Of a DNA stretch of 64,000 bases, positions 13,411 to 25,535 are shown one piece after another. The stretch's first letter is position 1; each line of letters opens with the position of its first letter. The notes under the pieces are model-generated. The model did not search any database. It was not told the origin of the DNA and worked only from the letters and a program-made list of their open reading frames with translations. The position numbers and the translations under genes are program-made. Source of the stretch: Camelus ferus (Eukaryota); contig NC_045697.1 of assembly GCF_009834535.1 (NCBI RefSeq), positions 38,690,001 through 38,754,000 of the forward strand, in the 5' to 3' direction.

Positions 13411-16400
13411 TTTTTTATAGGATGAAAAACACATTGCCTAAAAAGAAAGTCAGTTGCATCAAATTTTCTCTCTGGGGCAGAAATTTAACATCCTCTCAAG
13501 TCTCATTATACCACTTAAAAATCTGATATTTTAAACTTATCATGATATGCATATAATTTTATTAACTCTCTCTAGTATTAATAACCACTTGCAATGTAGT
13601 ATCTTAAAGCCTGTGTATCAATCACATACTTTCAGATACATATTTTTTAAATCTTTAAAAATGCCAAACATAAAAAATACTTGTTTTTGTAGGTTAACAT
13701 AAAATATACTAATATAAAAATCAGAAAATCTAAATTTCTAACTCAATTATAATTTAACTTACTTAAACCAGCCTTTAGGGGGAAATGCAATGAACTTAAA
13801 ACTTAACAAAGGAGAGGCATATCCCAACAGATCTGGGTAAAAGTCAAGTTCCTTTAGTTATTACAGTATGTACAAAATGCACAGTAGAAGAATTTTCTAG
13901 ACAGAATGAACTGATTTTTTTCATTCTCAAACAAAAAGTGACATCTCCAGGAGACAGCCCTTGATAATCTAACTAGATTATCACTAATCCATTAAAAAAT
14001 TATAAGAATATAAAATATTCTCTAACACACTTAACATGTTGAACAATAAAAGACAAAATGCTTCATTTGTTCATAAAATGTACCTGCAAAATAGTCACTC
14101 TGTGATGGGAAAAGAGAACAGCAGCTAACTTTGACGGGAGCACTTTGACAGAAGTTGGTACAATAAGCAGAGAGGCACCACTTGATAGAGCAACAAATAT
14201 TTCCACAACAGAAGGATCAAAAGTCAGAGGTGAAGCCAGAAACAAATCATCTTCGTGTGTGATTTCAAACAGCACCCTAAGACCAAAACAGAATGTAATT
14301 ATGAGAAATGCTTAACATTTAGTAAACAAATAATCCTAAAAAAAATTTATGGCCATTAAGTTTCCAGATGTTAGCCAAATTTTATTGTTCTTAGATTAAC
14401 CAAAATGGTGCTATTAAATCTAGAACTCTACTCCCTAAATGTAAGGATTAAAAGCCATTTAAAGCAATATCCACTTTTTTTTTTTTTACCATTTTATATT
14501 TTATACTTGATGGTCTTCTGATATGTCAACTTGGCCGGCCTGAACTACAGTCTCTAGTTTCCTTTCTAGTATGTTTCTGTTAGGGTAGAAGACAAGGATA
14601 TTCTCTCTTGACAGCTGGAGGACAGAAGAGGGGCAGCTGTCATTCTGTAGCACACATGCCTTCTCCCAGTTATTCAATCAAACACTAATTTAGGTGCTGC
14701 TGTGAAGGGATTTTGTAGATGTGACTGAAGTCCCTAATTAGCTGACTTTAATCAAAAAGGAGGTTATCCTGGGTTGGCTGGATTTACTTAGCTGGAAGGC
14801 CTTTCAGAGTGTTCAGGCTTTCTCTAAAGAGACTCCCAACAGCAGCTGGATTAGCAATTACTCCCTCTTCCTCCGATCCTCTTTCCTGACTTGCCTGTGG
14901 ACAAGCATATGCTCAGGGGAGCTCCAGTCTGTTCATGATGATCTCTTCCTGATCGTCTACCCAATGGACTTCAGTTTTGCTTAGCCAGCCCTGACAAGTG
15001 TAAGCCAATTCCTTGTAATAAATCCCTGATGTAGCCTCCTGGTTCTGTTTTTCTGGTAGAATCTTGAATTATTCTATACTACTTATTTAATGATGCTTAA
15101 TATAGACCTCTGACTCCCTTTTCCCACCATTTGACATTTTCTCTCAGGATCTCAACAAAGAGCAGAACAGAATATATGTGGTTAGAATTTATAGAGCACA
15201 AATGGTCAGTGTTGAGCCAATGTCACTGCTTCAGTTTAAAGACACAAACCCTACTCTATCTAAAAGCAGGGATTACCTTAACTTCAAAATATCTCCAAGT
15301 ATGGTCATGTGGGGACCCACTTGGAAATCCAGGGTTGGTAAGATTATTTTAAGCTGAAAACATTTTGGATTTAACAGATGCAGAAAGAAGTCTTCTTGGA
15401 GATTCCCTTATCTGACTGATAGCAGAAACTTCTGGGGAATGAGACTGTCATAAATTCCGTCTTCAGAGTGACTTTTACTCCCAGAAAGTACATCAAGAGT
15501 TAACCTACCATAAGTTCCCTCTACAGGGGATTTTTATGGCCCTGAAGACATGAAGAAAACTCTTCTCACCTGCGTAGACCAACATTATGAGTTTCTTATC
15601 TCCTTCTGTCTTTCCTAAAGAAACTTATTTGATTTCTCACAGAAGCCTTTTCTTCCCTTCCCTTTCCCCTACTAAGTTAGGTAGATAAGCCCCTAACTTG
15701 AACCATTTAATAATGCAATTCAGAACATGCCACCCCAAAATATGCTCTGGCATCTAGACTATTTTGAGTTAAAGGCACTTGAAAAACAAATACAAGAAAA
15801 ACACTCTGATCTTTCTTTTTTCATAAAAGCAGACGAAATTCCCATAGGAATGTCTTCCCTTTACCCAGAAGGACGATGTTCTTATCATCAAGGATAAGAA
15901 TGTGAAACCAAGAGAATTCTATACAAACAGACCTTGTTAAAATAATTCTTATCTTCCTTTAGCCTCCCCACATTAAGTTTAGTCACTTTTCCACAACTGC
16001 TTCTCTGTTTAACCTAATATCAAGCCTTGACATTTCTTTGGTCTTCATTCCTTATGAAGGATCCTGAATCACATAAAACTTGTATTACATAAATTTGTAT
16101 GCTTTTCTCTTGCTGATCTTTCTTTTGTCAATCTAATTCTCAGGCCTAGCCAAAAAGAACCCTAAGAGGGTAAAAGGTGATGAAATAAAATTTACATTGT
16201 AAGGCAGGACAAGAAAATTTAAACATAAAATTCTGCCCATCTGGGCTGTCCCCCCTTCCCCTAACGTGCAGTGTGCATCTGCACTACACACTAACCAAAC
16301 CTCCTCAAAGACAGGAGTGCCTGCTCCACCATTAAGGATCATTTTTCCCCCTTTCTCTGACTCTAGCAATGTAACTTCTTAAAGGAATAGCATTCTTTCC

Positions 16401-19400
16401 CCACTCTGTAGGGAGTCGTAATGATTTGCTGCTCACTTTGTACATGCTTACCTGGACTTTGGTGAACTTTATGCAAAGTAACAGCATGTCTTTTTGTTGT
16501 TGTTGAAGTATAGTCAGTTTATAATGTTGTGTCAGTTTCTGGTGTACAGCATAATGTTTCAGTCAAACATATGCACATATTCCTTTTCACATGTATGTCA
16601 TTTTGATGTACAATCCTTTGTCTTGAAAATGTGTATGAATGTGCCTTTGACTTCTAACAGGTGGAATAGATCTCAGAGCTTTCTGAGAATCTATCTCCCA
16701 AGTTATATTCTTTAGTTTGGCTCAAATAAAATTCCCTCTTTTCTTCTTAACTTGATTATTAATTAAATTTTCTTCTTAAATCAATTATTAATTGAATTTT
16801 CTTCAACAAAGGTAAAAGTTTGCTTCCCTTATAATGAGCTAGCTATTTCTTTTGTTAGTTTCCATATGTATATGAATACTTTTTTTGTTAATCATAAAGA
16901 ATTTATGTAATTTATTATAAAAAGATGACAGCCTCATCTTTCCAAGGCTCTCTAAAGAGGTATTCCCACCCAGTATTATAAATATCATCTCCTCCCATCT
17001 CAAAATATGTTCCTCCTTTACCACATTACTACCTGATTTTTCAAACCAATCCTCTCTACCAATTCTCTACCCTTAGCCTATAAACCTCTCCCATCTAAAA
17101 ACAAAAGTAAAAAACTACACCCTCCCAGAATTCTTTCTCTTCCATTAAAACTTCTTTCTAGAAAACAACACTTCACATTTTTTAAATCTCCATTTCCTTA
17201 TCTCTTATTATTCTCTATCTCTAGTCTGTAATGTCTTCAGCCCTGGGCATAATAATTTTTATACTGATTACATATTAAAATATTTTAGGTATACAGAATA
17301 AGATATTTTGTTAAAGTTAATTTCACTTTTTAAATATGGTAACTATAAAATTTTTAATTACAAAAAACCTACAATGACATAACATTACATGTGTCTCATG
17401 AGGTTTCTATTTGTTTCCTCCTTTGATTTCCTAAGGCTACTCTCCTCTGGTTTCCTTCCTCCTCTATTTCCTTCTTTCTTTGAAAGTTGAGAATTTCAAC
17501 TTTATAGAGACGTCTCATCTTCCAACTGTAAGAGCAAAAGCAAAGTCAACAATGCTACAGGAGTAAACTTAATGAAATGCAAATTTTTTTAATGTTCCTT
17601 GTCATCTTTTGGATGAAGTCCAAACTCTTCAACAGGGCATAGCAGGCTCCTGCCCCCTCAGGTCATAGGACCCCCACCCTTCCACGCTGCAGCTCAGCCT
17701 CAATGCACACTAGGAGGCCGAACTCCTTCTTTCTCCCACACTTCTGCTGGTACCTCTGCCAGGAATGTTTCTTCCCTTCTTATTAATAATTAAGAAGCAA
17801 AGCTTCCAACTTTATCATTTGTTTGTTGTTTGGCTCCAGGTTTGGATCAAACAGGTAAAGAAAGCCCTGTTCTGTTGAGAACTAAAGTTCAGACGCAGCT
17901 GAAACAAGAGACTCATTACTCGGCACTATCAATTCAGGAACAAGAGTTATAAAGAAAGATGTTTCTAAATTCTTTTTTCACTTTAAAATACAAGTTCTGA
18001 AGAAGAATTCTAAGGACAGAACTTACCGAAAATGCTGGATGTTTGGCACGATACATGCATGAGGGACTCGGACAATCTTAGGTGTCCCTGTTGTGCCCGA
18101 TGTGTGGAGAACATAGGCCAAGCAGTGCTGGAGCCTCACATCCATGTGCTCGTCTGACTTCTCTTCCATGCGGTTCTCAGAATTCATGCTCTTCGTCATT
18201 TTTCCTTTTTCATATTTCTCTTTTCTATCATTTAGCATCAAGCACACTTCGTCATTTTCCCAGTGAAGTCTGAAGAGTACTAGGTCACTATGTTCTACTG
18301 TAAACGTATCATAGTTTAATAATGTTTCAAAGGAAGATCTGAATTTCTATGTGAAACAGGGAACAAAGTTCACAATATTAATTTGTTAAAAGAGATTCTT
18401 TTTTATACAGGATATGAAGTATTCATTTACTCATTCAACATGGCTTTTTTGTTTTTTAGTACAGTTCAGTTGACCTTTGAACATGGGTTTGAATGGCACA
18501 GGTCCACTTACATGTGGGTTTTTCTCAATAAGCACGTACTACCTGATCCGAGGCTGGATGAATCTGGGGATGTAGCACTCCACATACCAGGGGCTGTCTG
18601 TAAAGTTATAGGTGGATTTTCCATTGCTTAGGAGTCCGCACCCCTAACCCCCATGTTGTGCAAGGGTCAACTGTACTTGCTGTGTATCCAGGGATAAAAA
18701 GAGAAGTGAGAAACCTCCAAGAGCAAAGTGCTGTCATTATTTTCAGACTCATCTTTAAAATAAAGAGACATAAAAACAAACATCTACAGTGCAATGTGTA
18801 AGTGCAATAATGAAATATGCTTTAAATGTGAATGGGGACAGAGAAGGCTAAACTTAACTCCACCTGAAAGTCAGAGACTGATTCTTCATGTGTAATGTTT
18901 GTTTTAAGTAGCTATTCTCCAAACAAAGAAGAGGGGTACTTTAGACAAACCATCACACACAGTATCTGACCTGACAAAGCTGGTGTTATGGAAAATAGTA
19001 AGCTGCAGAACTCGAGGAGAGAGAGGTGAGTCATGTTATTGATTGGAGATGAGATGCTAATCCTTAATAACTGCACAGTCAACACTAAGTAAGGAGTTTA
19101 GACCTTAACCTGTAAGTGATGGGATCCAACTGAAGGTGGCAATGGCATAAACTAAACTTTGCCTATCAAGGAGAAACTGATATGCAAGACTCTAAAAACT
19201 GAGCACCTTAAATGAAACTTTCCTAACAACCCAGATACGCTCTATGGGCCTGAACTAGTCCACTGCAACAGAAGCGGACAGAAAGGTTCTATGAACAAAG
19301 AATCAACAAAGCTTGATGACTTCTGGGTAAGGAGTGAGCCTAAGAAGACTGCTGAGTTTCTGGCTCAGTTATCTAATGGATGGAAAGATTAATACAGAAC

Positions 19401-21730
19401 TTTCCTTTGAATATATCTTTTTAGGTTGATAAGCAGCAACTTAATGAAACATAAAAAGAATTCACAATAAAGAAATAAGTATAAATGAGAGGAAAAGGTC
19501 AAACTCCAGGAGCCAGCAGGGTTTTGTATTTGTTCTGTGTGTATCAAGTGAAGGGTGTGGTATGTCCCGTAATGTCAAAAAAATTAAGGGCTCACATATT
19601 CTTAAGACATGGCTCAAAAACCATTCTCCTCCATTAAAATTTTCCCCTATCTACTAGATTGCATATATTTCTCTTAGGGGAATATCACACTATGTAGACT
19701 TAGGAATACTACCTTCTCTCTCCAACTACATAAGCAAATGGAGGGCAAAAAACATGTCTTAGGTTACTTTCACATACCAGTGCCTTCCCAAACACCCTGT
19801 CACTGATGCAGGGTTTCTCAGTCTCAACACTACTGACATTTTGGATGAGATAAATCTTTGTGGGGACTGTCTGCTGATTTTTACCAGCATCCCTGACCTC
19901 TACCTTTTAGATGCCAGCAGCACCCTTTTTCCGTCATGACAATAAAAATTACCTCCAGACAATGCAAACGTCTCCTATGAGGCAAAATCACGCCCAGCTG
20001 GGAACCATTGCTCTAGTGGATCTTGAGCATACAGTAGATGCTCAACAAATACTTCCTGATTGTTTCTGTGTTAAGTGAAGGAAGAACACCTATACCATCA
20101 TCGAAGTCACGGAATAGGAAGCAACATACTTTCTGTGGGGTTTGCTATGTATCCAACTCCTTCCTATATGAAGTTATAAAGAATAGCTTGATTAATTAAT
20201 TCTCACACCTAACCACCTTGACTATAAAAATTTCACCAAGGTTGTTTAAAAAATGAATATCACATCCCCTTTTTAGTTTTGCTTACTTGTCAACAAATAA
20301 CCAATCTAAGGGAAAGAAAACTGTGGCCAGATACTAATATATGTGTATTTAGAAAATATTTATTAGTTAATACTTTAGTTGTCCCTTTCCAGAGGCCTTC
20401 CTCTAAAATCCATGATTCTCTAGGAAGTCCTCCATGTATCTCAAGTTCTTGAATCATCTTACTACATATAGATATAGATGCACACACATATACACACATA
20501 GGTGGAATGCATTTAAGTTACCTATATGGTTCATACAAGAAATGGGTAATAACAGGCTAAATTGAAAATACCTTCTATAGTGTCTTCTCTTTGGTTAAAA
20601 CAGTATTTCATAAACAGGGAACAAAGAAATAATAATGAAACATGTGCTGTTTCTTGCTTAACACATAACATCAACTCTTGCCCCTTAAGCAGTGTTTCTT
20701 GGCTAGATCTTTGGTTGGCAGTCACTTAAAAGTAAGGAAGTAATAAATTTAGCTTTCCAGAAAGGTCTAAGTGTCAATCTCTTTTTCAAATCTAAGCTTG
20801 GAAATAATTCTTTAATGTTGCTGACCACTGTAAATTGCCATAAATACACAAAGATAAAAGTATCAAGTATTACAAAAGTTTCCTACTATAGGAACTACTT
20901 TGGAAAGAGAAATTCAAAACAATGCACAATACGTTATTACGAGGCTAGAAGACATGTTGATGCCATTGAGCAGTGGTTCGCAATGAATGGAGCATGCAGG
21001 TTGGAGGGTGCCTCTAGAAGACATCTAGCAATGTCTGAAAATAATTTTGGATGTTATAACTGGGATGTACTACTGGCAACTATTAAGTGGAGGCCACGGG
21101 TGTTGCTAAACATCCTATAATGTACAGAACACTTTTCACAACAATTACCCAACCCAAAATGTCAACAGTGCTGAGACTGAGAAACTGCACCAAGTTAGTG
21201 AATCTGGAAATCAAGACAAGGGATGGGACCCCTTCAACTGAAAGGTAAGTATAACACATTAAAAACAATTTAAATACCCACACTTACATTAATTTGCTGT
21301 TTTTCAACAAGGACATACTTTAGATCACATTTTTTAATAAAATGAACTGATAATGCTGGTGGTGAATCTGGATCAATAGGTGCATAAGCAGCAGGGACCT
21401 GGAGAATTCTAAAGAAACAAAGTACAGAGTCAGCATAGAATAGCTGTTGAAAGCAATCTTACTTTTAAGATACCGAATTTTTAGTTCTAAAAAATATTAC
21501 CCTAAAATCCAAGAGGGTAAGTTTATCCCAGGTTGACAGTAGAGACCAATTTCCCGAATTCCTTGAAAGTCACAGTGTAACAGCAGAAAATGTGACAGTT
21601 CTGAAGCAGTGTTAACCACAGTCTTGTAGGTGTAATAAACAGGAGGCTGGTTGTTACATTCATCAAAACATACAGCTGTTTTATCCGAATAAAGGGAGGC
21701 AGCCTGATGTACCAATTCCTGAAGAGTCAT
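680..21730 (-). CDS. AASDH: AASDH / ACSF4 (beta-alanine-activating enzyme, NRPS-like: adenylation + PP-binding + PQQ-like repeats); coding exons 2-14, final exon off-window to the left
   Basis: Exons join in frame with GT-AG boundaries (230+121+320+193+242+107+173+193+116+796+164+123+132 nt). Start MTLQELVH, AMP-binding motif AYVLHTSGTTGTPK, carrier-protein serine motif NSGGDSL, PQQ-type repeats. Confidence 0.97.
1320..1442 (-). CDS. AASDH: AASDH exon 13 (KKKCVWKLKCGGTVFSSP...AINP)
   Basis: TTTGCAG acceptor, GTAGGC donor, 123 nt; overlaps ORF 1305-1514. Confidence 0.92.
2628..2791 (-). CDS. AASDH: AASDH exon 12 (GCYNGLVYVLKSNSGEQYW...ALDIY)
   Basis: CAACAG acceptor, GTAAGA donor, 164 nt, phase 1-0. 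Confidence 0.92.
3870..4905 (+). mobile_element. Old L1 (L1M-type) ORF2 3' end and 3'UTR fragment
   Basis: L1-like phrases (atctgaacagacacttca, caatgagatac, gtggataaataaactgtggtacatccacacaatggaatact); decayed ORF 3956-4147; boundaries approximate. Confidence 0.8.
5425..5925 (+). mobile_element. MaLR (MLT1-type) solo LTR inserted in a MIR
   Basis: MLT1-like phrases (tgagtgagccatcttggaagcagat, aataaatgttt...taagtttggggataatttgt), with MIR-like sequence on both sides. Confidence 0.7.
6206..7001 (-). CDS. AASDH: AASDH exon 11 (PP-binding domain GGDSL and start of PQQ repeats)
   Basis: 796 nt, CCGTAG acceptor, GTAAG donor; contains ORF 6156-6926. Confidence 0.95.
8066..8193 (+). mobile_element. 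tRNA-Ala-derived SINE (camelid type) with 12-bp TSD aagttgtacctt
   Basis: A/B-box tRNA-like head, A-rich tail, TSD at 8054-8065 and 8194-8205. Confidence 0.9.
8203..8318 (-). CDS. AASDH: AASDH exon 10 (GKIDVSELNKIYFNY...LWK)
   Basis: 116 nt, phase 1-0, AG/GT boundaries. Confidence 0.92.
8628..8662 (-). pseudogene. 3'-truncated U2 snRNA retrocopy (U2 nt 1-35)
   Basis: Reverse complement reads ATCGCTTCTCGGCCTTTTGGCTAAGATCAAGTGTA, the U2 5' end; flanked by direct repeat cagaatatggtgatta (8614-8629, 8663-8678). Confidence 0.93.
8978..9170 (-). CDS. AASDH: AASDH exon 9 (IAEGLPEVESCAV...LPLTSHG)
   Basis: 193 nt, phase 0-1; overlaps ORF 8964-9149. Confidence 0.93.
9632..9804 (-). CDS. AASDH: AASDH exon 8 (GGRYRVCFL...TGDFV...GRKDSQIKRHGKR)
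   Basis: 173 nt; adenylation-domain TGD and GRxDxQIK motifs. Confidence 0.94.
10331..10437 (-). CDS. AASDH: AASDH exon 7 (CELPVQLGFPLLGTVIEV...QVFL)
   Basis: 107 nt, phase 2-1, AG/GT boundaries. Confidence 0.9.
10816..11057 (-). CDS. AASDH: AASDH exon 6 (ATPTLLRRFG...LGGEAF...NVYGITEVS)
   Basis: 242 nt; A-domain motifs GGE and YGITE. Confidence 0.94.
11440..12920 (-). mobile_element. Old L1 fragments interrupted by a MaLR LTR (~11790-12075)
   Basis: Antisense L1 ORF2/3'UTR phrases (gggaagttcccttcta, atgttagctgtgg); MLT-like gtcctagtctgttcaggct...cactcagaccatag; boundaries approximate. Confidence 0.72.
13371..13407. repeat. (CA)n microsatellite
   Basis: About 18 perfect AC units; a shorter (CA)n lies at ~1693-1712. 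Confidence 0.95.
14084..14276 (-). CDS. AASDH: AASDH exon 5 (VLFEITHEDDLFLASPLTFDPSVVEIF...TILQ)
   Basis: 193 nt; NRPS A4-like FDxS motif. Confidence 0.94.
14490..15070 (+). mobile_element. ERVL (MLT2-type) LTR
   Basis: tgtcaacttggccgg...attcaatcaaacactaat...gccaattccttgtaataaatc...ggttctgtttttctgg. Confidence 0.65.
15300..16808 (+). mobile_element. Cluster of adjacent or nested ERV1-like LTR pieces (including a MER34-like piece ~15712-16195 and an LTR 16198-16808)
   Basis: MER34-like start ttcagaacatgccaccccaaaatatg; TG...CA ends and aataaa in the last piece; family names tentative. Confidence 0.6.
18027..18346 (-). CDS. AASDH: AASDH exon 4 (contains AMP-binding signature AYVLHTSGTTGTPK)
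   Basis: 320 nt, phase 0-2; overlaps ORF 18023-18247. Confidence 0.95.
18467..18673 (+). mobile_element. Non-autonomous Tigger2-family MITE
   Basis: Terminal inverted repeats cagttgacctttgaaca...tgtgcaagggtcaactg followed by TA. Confidence 0.85.
19808..20013 (+). mobile_element. MER20-like hAT DNA element (second copy in opposite orientation ~20970-21185)
   Basis: cagggtttctcagtctcaacactactgacattttgg...gggaaccattg. Confidence 0.7.
21288..21408 (-). CDS. AASDH: AASDH exon 3 (ILQVPAAYAPIDPDSP...QQIN)
   Basis: 121 nt; AYxPID motif; GTAAGT donor. Confidence 0.93.
21501..21730 (-). CDS. AASDH: AASDH exon 2, coding part (start codon at 21730; exon acceptor near 21773)
   Basis: MTLQELVHQAAS...WILG; GT donor at 21500. 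Confidence 0.95.
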
Positions 21731-23989
21731 TTTACTGAAGTTTATCTGAACATCACTGAGCAGAGAACTCTACCTATATTCAGAAATATAAGGGAGACAA
21801 GGAGTTTCAGGGAGTTTGTTGGAGGGGGAGAGAGAAAAACTTTTTATATAATCACTCCTCACAAAAATAACTATATCAAAGACACACAACTAAAGAATCT
21901 CTGAACTATGAACTGTCTATGGTAACTTTGCTGAGAACTTTGCTGAGAATGTTGCTGAACAATGAGGTTGAAATTTTGATACAGTCAAACTAACTTCCTG
22001 CCAGAGCTGGAAGAAATCTGGGAGGGGGATGGTACACATTGATGAGGATGAAACTAAAAATGTAGAATTCTCTCTCAACATACCACAATGTAAAAAAGAA
22101 ATAGATTATAACATTTAAAAATTAACCAGTAAAATCAAATTTAAGGCACCACATGCTTAATTTTTTCATTTTTCTTCAGTTGTTACAGATTGATTAAAAT
22201 ACAGCAGTTAAAATCCTGTATGATGACTTTGAAAAGACTAATGCAAACAAAGTCTGCTTTTAGGAACTGAACTTAGGTGAAAGCAAAATCAACCTTTGAT
22301 AGAGAAAAAACTACCTAGATCCATCAGTTTCAGTTCCCTATATATAAACTGTGCTTCTAACTATGTAATACTTAACAGAGGTCACAGCAAGTCACTTTTA
22401 CAATTGTCAAAAAGCTCTTCATACTTTAGTTTGATTTTTAAATTGCCAACAAATTCATTAAATTTAGTCTCCAAATATAGCATTAAAACTCAATAAACTA
22501 TTATATAAACACAATGTTCTCAGGGCTTCTCAATGCATATGATATAAAAAGGAGATCTGAAACAGGATTTCATTGGAGAAACTTTAGGGATGACTGAACA
22601 AAAAACCCCTCACAAATGCTAGTATTTCCTCAAAGGTAAAGTGATGTTTATTTTCCCCTCTGTAAACTTTATTTTCCAGATTTCAAAGCAAGTAAGATTT
22701 AACAGTCTATTTTAATTATTAATAATTATAATTATTTATATATATATACTTAGTTGAACTCATTTACCTATTGATTCATCCACGTTATTTAATCAATATC
22801 AATTAGAAAAAAAAAGAAAAAAAATCAATTAGAGAAAATAAAACATTCCTAAAGAGAGCAAAATGAACCAATAATTGCTGACACCCATAAGATTTGGAAA
22901 TGCTATGATTTCTAAATAAAAAATTTTTAAATATAACTCTAGTACTTACAGTACTTTTAATAAGCATTTCTGTAAATATCAGCTTTTTGTGATGTACAAG
23001 ATAAAAATTTTAAGCTTTCCTCATACACACAGATGACCATTATATAAACATAAGGAAGGCTTTCCTTAGCATGTACTAAAATTATGGGAATGAGTCCACT
23101 TCACAAGATTCAGTTAGTGCAGAAGGGAACTTTCTGCTACCCTCTCTCCAAATGAATAACAAATCACCTACATTACAGAATGTATTATAACTAAGGCATT
23201 TTTAACAAAAAGTTATAGTCTATGTGCAAAAATAATGCAGTTTTAACTCAAAAACACATATAGCAGTTAATTTTCCACATGAGGACAATCTGATTAATAT
23301 ATTATGCTCTAAAATTAGTTGACATCAAAGTAAGGGGCAAGATTACAAAATATATTCTTAAAAAAGAAAATGCCATTTTTTATGACAAATTACTACACTC
23401 ACCACACATACCCACATAATTAAGATATTTTTACACTCTTAATTGACAGTTTCCCAGTGGTTGCTAGAGAGAATTACTGCAAAATTTATCCTTGTTGTCT
23501 AAAATTTTATTTTCATTAACAGAATGAAAATCATAAATATATTCGCCCCATTAGAGAACAGCATACTTGCTGGATTTCTGGGGCCATGCAAGAAGAAAAA
23601 AAAAAGCAAAATCCGGTAAACAGATTATATATGTAATGGGATCATCAAGTTTTAAGGTATTTGCTACTTTATTTACAAACTGTAGAGGCTATTTAGTCAT
23701 TTAATCTTAAGAATGTCAACAAACTCTATTGCTCTGGGGACTCACCCTAGGTTATTGGCCATTTTAAAGACTGATAAATAATCTAGAAACCTAATTTTCC
23801 CCGTATCCACCGGTTTCTTAACTTACATTATGTGACTGTGTTTAATAACAATGCACTTTATCTCTTCCAATACATTTTTTCCCAACACGCTAGCAAGACG
23901 GGGTACACTTATTTAACCATTTGAAAGAAGGCGCAGAGTCTAACGCAAGGTGACTCTGGAGAAAGCACACAGGTCAAGTTTAGTCTTTG

Positions 23990-24620
23990 CACCACTCCAC
24001 CCCGCCAGACACCATTAACTTAAATCCGAGGCCAGGCGGTGGCCCCCAACTAAGCAAACCTGTGCGCAGCCAGCCCCAGGTGTCGTCGTACTTCGCCTCC
24101 CTCACACATGCCCCACCAGACACCGCCTCCAGCCGAACCCACTCAGAAGGCCTAGGAGTGAGGGTGCAGTGAAAAGGTCAGAGCCCATCCAGGCCTTCTA
24201 AAGACAGTCCAACCGTGACGCTCTTCACACACAGAGAATAAGCCATTCACTACACCCAGGAGTTAAAGAAGTCCAACCGCGCAGCCAGCCGGGAAATCAA
24301 CGACGAGGGCTCACCTGTAAATATTCCCCGTCGCTTTACTGACGTAAGCAAGAGCGACCCGGGGCAGGCTGCGTTGCGCTGCCCCGCCCCTTCCGGAAGC
24401 TGCGGCGCCAACTGGAGAGAAGAGTTGGCGGCGTGTTTCCGGGCCGCTCTCGTTTCAGTTACTGGATCTAGTCGCTCTGGGTTTTGGACAGGGTTTGCAA
24501 GGGCTTTGAAGCTCACCCGCTTGGAGCCGTGCCCTTTCTTACTTGCCAAGAAACTCTGGGCAAGAAGCTTTAATTCCAAGCCGATGTCTCCGTTCCCAAC
24601 GTAGGGGTAAAGATATTCCG
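23990..24620 (-). promoter_or_regulatory. AASDH: CpG-rich AASDH promoter and non-coding exon 1 (donor CAG|GTGAGC at 24315/24314)
   Basis: Only CpG-dense region in the window; GC box gccccgcccc 24381-24390, palindromic ETS-type ttccggaa 24391-24398, CRE-like tgacgtaa 24340-24347. Confidence 0.8.
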
Positions 24621-24976
24621 GATGGTTGATGAAATCCTGAAATAAGAGGGTGACTGGGCTTAATCCCCTGGACTTTTTGTTATAGCCTCCTGCCCTACAC
24701 TGCACGGACTGTGACTGTAACAATGAAGCTTGCAAACGAAGTCCGTGTTATAAATAGGCTGACGTTTTAATTGGAAGAGATGAATTTAAATAACTAAGAA
24801 AATGTCATCTTTTTGGTAGGAACTGTAAAGAAAATACAACAGGTCTGAGGGGGAGAGAGTTACTTAAGCTATTCACTTGAGTTTAAAAATCTGTTTTTAA
24901 GAGAGTTGTGTTTGAAGGCATGTAAATTAATTATTTTAACTGTCAAAAGCAATAGTAGTGTTACTTGTAAAGCTAC

Positions 24977-25535
24977 TGTGCGGGAGGAAATTGAAACTTG
25001 AGTCCCCCTAAAACCGAGTTCCCCTAATGAGTTTCTGTTTAATCTCTCCCTCCATAACTTTATCCCCTGTTTTGTCCCCTCTGACCTCAATCCTTTGCTA
25101 ACTGAACTCTGATGAACCAGAGTCAGATGACTAAGATTGCTGCTGTTGATAACATTGTTAACGTACTAAAATTGCTGTGGTAGGTATACATTGACATACA
25201 AACTCAGGTTGTTTCTCCAGGGCAAGATGAGCTCACTGACTTGGATCACCTTCCAGAGAATCGTAAACCAGAGACATCCTGACTCCTAAAACCTTGATTA
25301 AGAAATGTCAAAAAACAAAACAAAACAAAACAAAATGGTGTTTAATCCCAGTTTTTTTTGTTCTTCCCCTTTAAAACACCGTAAGTCAAACACCAAGATG
25401 GGGTGGATTTGAGATCTGTCTCCCAATCCCTTGCTTGGTGCCCTGCAAATAAATACTTACTTTGCTGCAAGCACCCGCTGTCAAAGACTTTGGCTTTCTG
25501 TGTCGGAGGCACATGACCCCTTGCTCAGTTAAAAA
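24977..25535 (+). mobile_element. ERV solo LTR just upstream of the AASDH promoter
   Basis: TG start, TATA-like tttaaaa, aataaa at ~25448 followed by a U5-like tail; family not determined. Confidence 0.55.

Noticed and set aside
24250..24735. 161-aa minus-strand ORF over the AASDH promoter
   Set aside because: Non-ATG start, no recognisable domain; long ORFs arise by chance in GC-rich promoter DNA.
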